From contig CM119265.1 of NCBI GenBank assembly GCA_051294375.1, positions 11,657,818 through 11,721,817 of the forward strand: a DNA stretch of 64,000 nt, written 5' to 3'. A model generated the notes under the pieces. The model was not told where the DNA came from, did not search any database, and was given only the letters and a program-made list of their open reading frames with translations. The translations under genes were made by a program, and so were the position numbers. Source of the stretch: Paraspadella gotoi. Its lineage: Eukaryota; Animalia; Chaetognatha. Below, piece after piece: positions 38,201 through 48,131 of the stretch; positions within the stretch are counted from its first letter, which is position 1, and the number at the start of each line of letters is the position of its first letter.

Positions 38201-41200
38201 TTTACAAGTGTTCCATTTTACCCCAATATAATTGTAGCTATGTAAAAAATAATTCTCTATTCGAAACCCCCCCCACATTAGCCTTTTGTCTCTCCAAAAG
38301 GCGAAACACCGCGCTGTGACCAGACATGTGAAACAAACAAAAGTCAAACGAAAAAAATATACTCCCGGCCTCAGCGACAGCAGAGCTGCATCAGGGCCCA
38401 GTCCCGACGCTGCATCACTCTGTCGAAGTGCTGCTGAGCCGGGTGACGCATCACTTCTTTTTTCGCTTATTTTAGCGCTTTTTTTCGATTATTATCGGGA
38501 CTTTCCTTCGATATTACCTTTTCATATCGAATTTTGAACTTTCACGCTCGTCTTTATGTCCTCTCGACGATCGTAAGAAATCGCGCGATAAACCTCGAGA
38601 AGGATCACGCGATCGCAGTTCGACGAAATCTTCGGTTTCCAAGGGTTTGAGGGACCCTGAGATTCACGTGGGCGCGACTGCGTCGCAAGATGCCTCGCGC
38701 CCCGGTCGGTGTTTTCTCTCCACCCCCCTCCTCCACTTTAGGCGCTGTCTTCTGTTACCTCGGTAACGGCGCCTCGGGCCGCGCGCACAGGGGCGAGCGC
38801 AATCGGGTGGAGGCCTGAAAGTATTTCGCTTTTTGAAGGACACCCTCGACGGGTTTCGCAAGGACATGCAGGATTCGCTTCGCCGGGAGATGGACGATTT
38901 CCGCCGGTGAGCGTTAATTTTGGGTTCTTTTATTCGAAGTCGTTTGCAAATTCTTTAATTTGCCCCTCCATCAAATTTTTCTCTTTTCTTTCTTTCGTTT
39001 TTATTTTTATATTTTGGTTTACACGCCGCATTTTTCTCGTTACTGAGGCTAATGTGGGGGGGGGGTTTCGAATAGAGAATCTGTAATTCTGAATGGAATT
39101 ATGATTCTTATCGAAACCCCCCCACATTCTCCCGCCGCCGCCCCTTTCGCCTCTGGGTGAGTGTGGTCGCGGGTGTGGTTCGGTTTCCATTTTTCTGTGT
39201 GTGTATAGTTTCAAATAGTTTCTTTTTTGCCGAATATTTGTGGATAGAGAAAAAAGGGGGGTTTCCTCAATTTGATATTTGATCAAATTCTCGTTTTTTG
39301 CTTACGTTCATGTGTGATTCTTATCGAACGGACGACTTCACTTCGCTTTTCCCTTCGCCGCTGGTCCTTGACAAGTCCTTCGCTTTCAGAGAGCAGTCCC
39401 GCTCACGGGCTCCTGCCTCGGCCTCTAGACGCGGGAGTCAGGGGAGTTGGCGAGAGGCTGGCGTCTCGCACAACCTCCTCAACCTCGCGCCTTCGTCGTT
39501 GGGTGGACCATACCTCGTCGGCGTCGTTTCTACTTCCGGATCACAACGGGTGTTTGATCCCGCATTTCGAAGCGGCTCTCTGCACCAGATATCCTGTCTG
39601 CCGTCAACACGTACGCACGATGCAGGCGCGTCGGGTCACGCCGCCCTTTTTGTCGCCGAGGATCTACCCCTTTTGTCAGAGGCCATCAAGGCGGGCTTTT
39701 CAGCGGGTCAGGTGGTGGAGCGCATGGCATCGCCCCTTCGCGACATTGCATCTTTCCAGGCATCTGCGTTTAACTCGGCGCTTCTGGAGTTCAACGTTCA
39801 GTTTTGTCGAAGGAGTCGATCGATCTGCGTGGGACGCTGCAAGACGCCACGCCCACCAAAAAGTTTATCTTCGATAATCTTTCGGATCAAGTTTCCTCAG
39901 CGGTCAACGCTGCCTTTTTCCGATCCACCTCACGCCCTCGCTTTGTTGATAACCGCCATCAGGTTTTCAAAGCGTCGAAGACCAGCTTCAAGCCGTGGAA
40001 GAGCGGCAAGAAGCCCTTTTTCTCTCAAGAGGTCGTTCGGAAGCTGGAAGAGTCATCGGGGATCTTCATCCTGGTCGCCCCTTTCTGGCCAGCCCGAGTG
40101 TTTCTCGTCGTGGCTTAACCTGAAGTTTCTGGAGGCTCAACGTCTTCCGGCCCCAGAGGATGCCGTCGTCGCCCTCAGCACAGGATCCCCGCCGCCGCAA
40201 GCCGATCGTCTCAAGCTGGTCGCTTGGCAGTTTTTCGGCGGGCGAACGACAGCGACGACCTCAGCGATTCAGCCTTCGACATCATCGCTGTCAGTTGGAG
40301 AGGCTCGACACGAGATCGTTACGCTCGAGCCTGGACCTCCTGCTCTTTCCTTCAATGTGAGGAAGCTCGAGGACTTGATGCGTCTCTGAAGGATGTTCTG
40401 GAGTACCTAGCCCATCTTGTTGGGTTGGGCTTATCGTACAGCTCAGTGAACCTTCATCGCTCGGCCTCGTCGTCACAGGGATCGTACTCGATGGGGGAGC
40501 ACCCCCTCGTTTGACGCCTTCGCAAGGGGACCTTCGAGTGGCGTCCTTGTCGGTTTTTTCCTCCGTGGGATGCGGCATCGGTTCTACGTGTTTTGGATGT
40601 CGCCCTCCCGCCATCTCCCGCTCTCGTTCTTCGGCGCTCTTTTTCTTTGGCGCTCGATTCGGCCAGGATGCCGTCGGAAATAGTCTCGCTCAAGTGTGAT
40701 TAAGCCCTTTTCTCGCTCGCTTCGGATCATGGGCGTTTTTGTTCCGTCCAAGCTTTCCAGGACAGATCGTGTCGGGCACTTGGGCCCGTACTTCAGGGTG
40801 GACGCCCTACCGGCGTCTTCGCGTTGCCCCATAGCGGCTCTGAGGGAGTGGCTTCGAGTCAACGAATGTTTAGTGCCGTCTCACGTTTTCTTCTCTGCGC
40901 CCCTTCGCCGCCCTTTACTCCGTTTTCGCCCCAACGTTTGATTCTCGAGGTGCTCTTTTTGGAGGCGGATGTCGGCGCTCCGCCAGGATCTTCGCGTGCC
41001 ATGGCGGTCTCAGAAGCCTTCGCCCGCAGCGTCGATCTCGGCGTCATTCTCAGGGCTGGAGACTGGTCTGGAGATCAGACTTTCCTTCCGGTTCTATTGC
41101 AGGGACGTCTCATGGGGCATTCCGTTTGGCGTTCTCGGGACTAGTGACGCGTCCCCCGGCTCAGCAGCACTTCGACAGAGTGATGCAGCGTCAGGACTGG

Positions 41201-42134
41201 GCCCTGCAGCAGCTCTGCTGTCGCTGAGGCCGGGAGTATATTTTTTTCATTTGACTTTTGTTTCTGTTTCACATGTGGTCACAGCGCGGTGTCTCGCCTT
41301 TTGGAGAAAAAAGGCTAATGTGGGGAGGGTTTCGATAAGAATCATAATTCCATTCAGAATTACTGATTTTTTTTTTTTTGAAATTATTTATTCAATAACT
41401 AAAAATTAGTAGTCTGTCTATCATATACAGAAGGTTTCATATTATAAAATGAGGTACCCCTTTTTTGTGATCAGAACTCGTTCTGAGAAAACCTCTGGAA
41501 CAAATTTATTGAAATTTGATATGAACGATCCCTATGTGAATACTAATAGAACTATCGAGGCGAATTTCAATATTTGACCACTGAGCCGAGATATGGGCCC
41601 CCGGGGGGTCACTCATTGGGGGCAAAAAATGGTCAAAATCTTTTTTCAATTTTTTAATTATTTTTGTTTTGAATAGTTGCACAGACGTTTACTCTTCCAT
41701 AATAACGTATTTATTACCTCAAAAATATTAGTTTACCTTAATTTTCAACTTCATGAACATCAGCAGTTCAAGTAAGATTTTGAATAATTTGGGAAAATTG
41801 AAAGTAAAACGATGAACCATGCATCTTCAAACCATGCTTAATTATTGAAAATTCATCAATTTTAGTTGGTGAAATATTTAAAGCCCAAAAAATTATAAAA
41901 TCTCTTCAAACAATTTTTTAAATTTTATTTTATAATTCAGTGTTCCGAATTACCCGTTTCGATTACCCCGCACTATCCCCTACTTACCTTCAAAGAATCG
42001 CCGGCAACGACTCCAAGCTGATCGCGCGACGCCGTCGCAACGGAATTTCGCCTCGAATTCTGCGGAGATCTCTGGGGAGATCTCGGCGCCGACCCTGGCG
42101 TGCCTGGCTTCGAGTCCCAAGCGGTGTCTTCCAT
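35288..42134 (-). CDS. LITAF/SIMPLE-like protein, paralog B (exons 42134-41988, 36166-36119, 36045-35956, 35850-35655, 35454-35288)
   Basis: Phase-consistent exons give an S/R/P-rich N-terminus, then EEPVETRCKKCKKSVTTQIRYHAGTCT/YFCCVGLVASCVFCPCAWMPFVFHHSQDRKHVCPECQYVLH. The phase-1 intron inside the domain is at the same position as in paralog A. The three 5' exons are less certain than the last two. Confidence 0.85.
37632..37895. repeat. 18-bp minisatellite (TTGACCAAATTATGTCAG, ~14 copies) inside a HINE-like copy
   Basis: Directly visible; it explains the repetitive ORFs in three frames. Confidence 0.95.
38252..41368 (+). mobile_element. DIRS1-like tyrosine-recombinase retrotransposon, non-autonomous (RT/RNase H missing)
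   Basis: ~200-bp inverted terminal repeats (38252-38455 and 41143-41368) with mismatched outer ends, an ICR, and ATT at both termini with no longer TSD. Coding remnants: gag-like region, methylase-like VVRKLEESSGIFILVAPFWP, and recombinase motifs SWRGSTRDRYARAW..LEYLAHL..GLSYSSVNLHRSA, CPIAALREWL, SSRAMAVS..ILRAGDWS..TF. Confidence 0.9.
39046..39128. other. Internal complementary region (ICR) of the DIRS element
   Basis: The first half is the reverse complement of the left terminus (ATTCTCTATTCGAAACCC..CACATTAGCCT). The second half is the reverse complement of the right terminus (GGTTTCGATAAGAATCATAATTCCATTCAGAATTAC). Confidence 0.9.
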
Positions 42135-43654
42135 CGTCACGCTGTGGACGATCTGTTTCCGTTGAAAAAAAAATTGAACGAAAAACGTATAATATGACGC
42201 CAAAAGACAAAATCGAGATTTTGAAGCCGAAATATAAATGAACATCGAATAGCAAGAGATTGGGGGGGGGGGAAACTTTCACGTCCTTTGATCAGCAACA
42301 AATCAGCCTCATCTTTCTACCTTCGAAAATCCTTTAACCGGGCAAAACAAAGATTTAAATAAAATTATAATCAATATAAAATTGGCGAGTCATTTCCGAG
42401 AAATAGTTCCTTGTTGGAAGGAATTTCCTGAATCCGCACGTCCTCTTCGTCGTCTTTGTCGAAGCCCGAGTACCAAACAAACCCCAAATCGCGTCGTCGT
42501 CTCTCGAAGTCCGACTCGACGTCAGCGTGGGCGACGGGAAAGGGCGCCGCGCCGAAGGTGCCGAGCGGAGGCCGGAAGTAGTCTGGGGAGGGGGTGGAGA
42601 AGAGAGAGTTGAGGAAGAGGAGTCGATTAAAATGAAATGATAACGAGGCAGTTGTAGAGATATTGTCCCCTTTTCCTCCCCATTTATTTGTTTGCCTTTT
42701 GTAATTACCGTTTCTGCCGATAGATGTCTCTTTTCTTTTCTTTAGGAGATTTCACTCCTCTTTTCTTTTCTTACCAGATATATTAGGCCCATAGATACTA
42801 ACTACTAAGGACTTTTCTGCCCGTCACCATGTAAGAGATGATTATTTAATATGATCTTAAATGAGATTGAATCTCTCAATCTCATTTACATATTGCAGTA
42901 TTGAATCTAAATGTGTCTAATTTCATTTTGGATTTTGGTATTAGTTCTGTTTCATGGTTTTCTAGTAGCTAAATATTACACTGTTTTTTTTTAACCATGC
43001 AATCGAAAATTTTCACAATCCTGTACAGTTTCTAGTATAATTTTAAGCGCTTAAAACGATTAACAAGGTGTCGTCAATCAGATTTTGCATTTGACCTGCG
43101 CACAATTTACCGGAAGTTGGCGTGGACTACATTATGGAATTTTTCTTTTTACTACAAATGAAAAGTTAGGTAGTTGTTATTTACTTATCCTGCAATTAGT
43201 ATAATTATTTAATAAGTAGTACTGAGACAAAAAATGTTCAAAAAAGGGTTTTCATCAATACTGGGCGTGTCCCAAACCGGAAATAGTGCTCGAAAATCAA
43301 TTAAATATGTATTATTAAAAGTTTTTGATCTATTCAGACTGCTAATGGTTTTTTACTGCTATATGACAGCTTTATTACAAAGGATTATCATCCATATCAT
43401 AAAAAAATCCTATCATATTTATCAATTATTACATCTTAAAAAGATTTGTTTTTTAATAGCCAAAGGTCTTTAACTTTAACTGTAAATATTCAAAATTTCA
43501 TTTCAATTTTATTCAATTAATGAGACTTTGCTAATTTCAAATCTCTAATCCATTTTTGTCGGTTTAGCGTAATAGTAATTTCGTTTTTCTTCTTTGGAAC
43601 CTTTGGGTGGGGGCCGGCGTAATCTGGATCTGAGGGATCAAGAGGAGACGAAGA

Positions 43655-44290
43655 NNNNNNNNNNNNNNNNNNNNNNNNNNNNNNNNNNNNNNNNNNNNNN
43701 NNNNNNNNNNNNNNNNNNNNNNNNNNNNNNNNNNNNNNNNNNNNNNNNNNNNNNNNNNNNNNNNNNNNNNNNNNNNNNNNNNNNNNNNNNNNNNNNNNNN
43801 NNNNNNNNNNNNNNNNNNNNNNNNNNNNNNNNNNNNNNNNNNNNNNNNNNNNNNNNNNNNNNNNNNNNNNNNNNNNNNNNNNNNNNNNNNNNNNNNNNNN
43901 NNNNNNNNNNNNNNNNNNNNNNNNNNNNNNNNNNNNNNNNNNNNNNNNNNNNNNNNNNNNNNNNNNNNNNNNNNNNNNNNNNNNNNNNNNNNNNNNNNNN
44001 NNNNNNNNNNNNNNNNNNNNNNNNNNNNNNNNNNNNNNNNNNNNNNNNNNNNNNNNNNNNNNNNNNNNNNNNNNNNNNNNNNNNNNNNNNNNNNNNNNNN
44101 NNNNNNNNNNNNNNNNNNNNNNNNNNNNNNNNNNNNNNNNNNNNNNNNNNNNNNNNNNNNNNNNNNNNNNNNNNNNNNNNNNNNNNNNNNNNNNNNNNNN
44201 NNNNNNNNNNNNNNNNNNNNNNNNNNNNNNNNNNNNNNNNNNNNNNNNNNNNNNNNNNNNNNNNNNNNNNNNNNNNNNNNNNNNNNNNNN
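43655..44290. other. Assembly gap
   Basis: Run of N. Confidence 1.
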
Positions 44291-45476
44291 GAAATTAAAA
44301 AAAATCAAATGTTAAAATCGGTAGAAACAAGCTAAAAAGATGGAAAATCATAAATTAAAAACCTTGTTACAAACGGTTGACGACTGACGCGCAAGATGAA
44401 TTTCGAATGAATGACCTGTCAACCAGTGATTTTCCTCGATGGGTTCATACGAATTTGGCGGGAAAAAAGGTTGGACGGTGATTAGTTATTCCTAGGAAAA
44501 AAATTCTTCTCCGTATCTCTCGATGGTGATTGGTCGATGGCTTACCACAAATTTGAGGGAAAAAGGTTATTTTTCTCTCCATATCTTACGACGGTGATTG
44601 GTCGAGGCCCGCGAATACAGGAACTAAGGTAAGGTATACTCGCTATCTCAATCTGATATGCGGAAAGGAACCGGATTGGCTAATATTAAAAACTATCTAA
44701 AAATTAATTCTAAACTATCTTTAAAGTCTGCACAAACTTATCATTAATATACCTTTTTAAACCGGAAGTGAGCGCCATATATTGGCGCGGAAAGTCCATC
44801 TAGAGTAACTTTAGAAAATTTTCTATATTATAGTCGTTTTCAAAACAAAAAATAGTACCAGAAACTATGCGAGAACTGTAGGAATTCTATAGGTGGATAT
44901 TTTTCTGGGAAGTCTATTCGTTTACAGATCGCATTACTATTAATTAGCCATCGTCGGGGTTTATGGTTTGTTGTTTAGAGTTTGTTGTTGCGGTTTTATA
45001 TTATTCGCATAGTGGCTAAGCCGAGCTTACCTGAGAGGTCTTTATTTATTGATTCATTCCCGATGCTTACTTTTGCTTACCTCTAGATTTGATCCTTAAA
45101 GACTCGATCCTACATGCATTATAGATACTCTCAGAAGGGTGAGCAAGAGACAGAAAACCCCGCTCATCAGTCCTTCATGTCACCACCGTCACCTTTTGAT
45201 AACATTTGCAGACAGTGACGTAATGGCCATAGAGCCCACTACAAGACCACACTTCGGGAGACTTGTGGACGTACTCGTGGTCAGACTTTAGCCTCCATCA
45301 CAGACTTGTGGCCCACGTCTTACGGCCACACTTGGGTGACGATAGCCTCGCCGATTACGGGCTCACGGCGCCGACTTACGGCGCAGTCGGGCCCTGACTC
45401 CCTTCATCACGGCAAGTCGACGTCTTCGGCGCACGCTCAACGGCGCCAGACGCGGTCATGCCCACTTCCGGAGACG

Positions 45477-47935
45477 TCAGCGAGGGACGTGGAGGACGAC
45501 GGTCCTCCGTAGCGGCGCGACGGCGGTCAAGTTGAGGCGGCTACACGTGCACACGGCAAGTGTTCGTACAGCAGTCAGACCTGAGGGCGCTCGGCACACG
45601 AACTCCATGCATTCCATTCTCCTTGGAAGATCTTCCTCTGGTCCAGCTATGAACGACTCCGGGTGGAAACCCGGCTGTAAACGGAGTCGACCGTCATAGT
45701 TCGGATGCAAAGTGGGCAGGAGCCAAGTCAGAACGGCGCTCTTTTCGCAATACTGGTCCTGAACGAAGCCGCGGATTTGGGCGTAGTAGACCTTGAAGAA
45801 AAAATTACATTAGTAGTAAGACATAGAAAAGAAAAGAGCAGGGAAAAACAAGATAAAATGAGGACCTGTTCGTCGTCGGCGTCTACCACTGAAACGATAT
45901 CGCCCTTTTGCCAAAACTGATGGCGAAAGTAAACCATCTCCTGCGTGACGATGGAGGCGACGCGCTTTGGACCGCGGTTCACTGATCCCCGCTGGAAACA
46001 AAAACTATGATAAATTGGAAATGCGGTGTTAATTTTTAAGCAACGTGCTTCAATTAATTGAAAAGTTATACTATCAGAAAACATCACTCACTCAATGCTC
46101 ATAACCTGTTTAAAGAAGAGGTTCCGCCTTCCGACCTTGGATCTACCGGCGTTTTTCCCGTTAACCTTTCTCTTCGTCAACGTCGGAGGCGCCGCGCTGG
46201 CGGACCGCGCCTCCACTCGAGCCTTTCGACTGTCTTCTTCCACAACGCCGGCCTTTAACGGCACCGGTTCGCTCGTGACTACGACACCGACGCCGCTCCG
46301 AAGCTTTTTGTCATCGAGGACCGAAGTGGCCTTTGACTTTCTCATCTCATCCTCCGTCGTCGTCGTCACAGCAACCGCTTTCGGTTCGGCTTTCGATCTT
46401 TTTTCGTCCGAAACAAGACCATCATCTCCGCCATCGCCTCCGTCGACGCCGCCTTCGACCTCCTTCAGCTTTCTCCCAGCCGCCACCCGTTTTCTCGATC
46501 CCGCCACGCCGATTCTTTCTTTCGACGCTGTCTCAGGCTTTTCCGGCGTCGACGCCTTTTTGACGACCCGCCGGCGGCGTTCTTTGCGCTTCCTCTTTAA
46601 CTGCATCTCTCTAATCTCCCGCTTCTTTCGCGAGGTCATGCTGTCGAGGAGCGACTTGGCGATCGCCGCTTGCGGAGATTTACGCTTATTCGGCGAACAT
46701 GGGATCGCCGTCGTTAGTTTGGATGAGGAAAAGACTTCCGCGTCCAACGCTGCCATAGATATTATCTTTGCGGACGCTGCATTAGAGATCTTCGGCCGAG
46801 TGAACCTTCTCTTTTTTGGGGTTCTCTTGACCCGGGGCTTGACGATCGCGACGCCCTCGCCGCCCTCGTCCGCCACCTTCGCCGACTCCCGATCTTTGCT
46901 GACCAACGACTTGGCGACTCGCTTAAATATGTTATCGACGACGTCGTCTTCTCCGAGGCGGTCCTCGTTGAGACTCTCCACGATCAACTCGAGGTTGTCT
47001 CTACGTTTGGGCGGAGGGGCGTTCTCTTCCGTAGTCGGAGACGCGTCATAGACTTCGTCGGAGCAGACGACGTTTATCTCCCAGTTCGAGACGGGATTTC
47101 CCGAATCGATCGAAGCCAATGTTTCGCCGTCGACTTTCATTAGGACGGATTCGGATTCGAAAGAGTCATCTTTGGCGGGGGAAGTCTTCGGCTCTCCTTC
47201 GTCGTCGGTCGAGGTACGTCGGTATTCGTCGTCGGTCAAGGTACCTCGGCATTTGTCAGAGTCCTGGACACCCTTTGCCGTCGAGATGAGTTCGGGATCC
47301 ACAGCGGTAGCAATCTCTTTCTTGTGAACAAGTGGACTGGCGGAGGTTGTGGAGGCGTCGATAGAACCGGTAGATGAAATCGAGAAAGAAGACGACCCCT
47401 CGGGGCCATAAACTAGCTCCATTGCAGAAAGAATGGGAGAGCCTGCAGAAAGGTAGGAGGTGGGAGGCAAGGCAGTAATGACAGTGTAATTGTCCTGCGT
47501 TGCGGTTTCATTTTCAGCGAGTGATGTAGTTCGATCCGGGTTTCGGCCATGAGGAGAAGAAACGAGCCCGACTGTTTGCCCTGCGAGAGAGTCTTTTGTG
47601 TCTTTTGTCTTTTGAGAAATAATGGAGGAAGCCATCGGAGTCGTTCGAGTCAAAGCGCTCGATGAAATCAGTACAGAGGATGCAGAAGCCGGCGGTCCGA
47701 GGGAGGCCGGCAACGGAGGACGATTCGGGAGAGCGCCGTTAGCAGCGGGCGACGGCGTTCGACTAGTGGCGCCACCGCCGCTTTTGTCAATTTTGTAGCA
47801 CTCACTGCACAGAATGTTTCCGCTCGCTTTGTGGCGTTTCCAAAATGGAGAAAAAGAAGAAAGGCAAAAGTGACAGATGGGAGATTCCACACGAACGGCG
47901 ACGTTGGGGGAAGGAGAAGCCGTCGGCTCGTTCAT
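45477..47935 (-). CDS. GATAD1: GATA zinc finger domain-containing protein 1 (exons 47935-46106, 45991-45866, 45791-45477)
   Basis: N-terminal CHFC-x19-CSEC finger (SSFSPFWKR..GNILC). The C-terminal block KGDIVSVVD..EQ/VYYAQIRGFVQDQYCEKSAVLTWLLPT...FHPESFIAGPEEDLPRRMECMEFVCRAP closely matches my recollection of the conserved GATAD1 C-terminal domain. Confidence 0.93.
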
Positions 47936-48131
47936 CTTCAATTTAGTTCTAGTTTTTCTTGTATGTGATACTGATACTAGTCTTTATGACACGTGATCTC
48001 AGCATATTTTAGCTATGTATAAAAAGAATAGATGTTTAAAAGAATATAAAAACAAAAATAAAAACAAGATTATAAAAACAAAGTTTTCAAAAAAATATAC
48101 ATCGCAATTATAACGAAGGGGAGAACGAAAT

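Larger units (their letters stand above)
36361..41982. mobile_element. TIR element (TA-flanked, GGTAGTGCGGGGTAATT termini) filling almost all of LITAF-B intron 1 and hosting HINE, DIRS and MITE insertions; second copy spans ~21332-34885
   Basis: Inverted termini at 36361-36390 and 41940-41982. Internal segments are collinear with 21332-21494, 22835-22960, 33645-33935 and 34575-34885. Confidence 0.7.

Noticed and set aside
39298-40389. 363-aa ORF as an intact gene
   Set aside because: It passes through several frames of decayed DIRS gag, methylase and recombinase sequence; not a coherent protein.
46095-47051. 318-aa plus-strand ORF
   Set aside because: Antisense shadow of the GC-rich GATAD1 exon; no recognisable motif.
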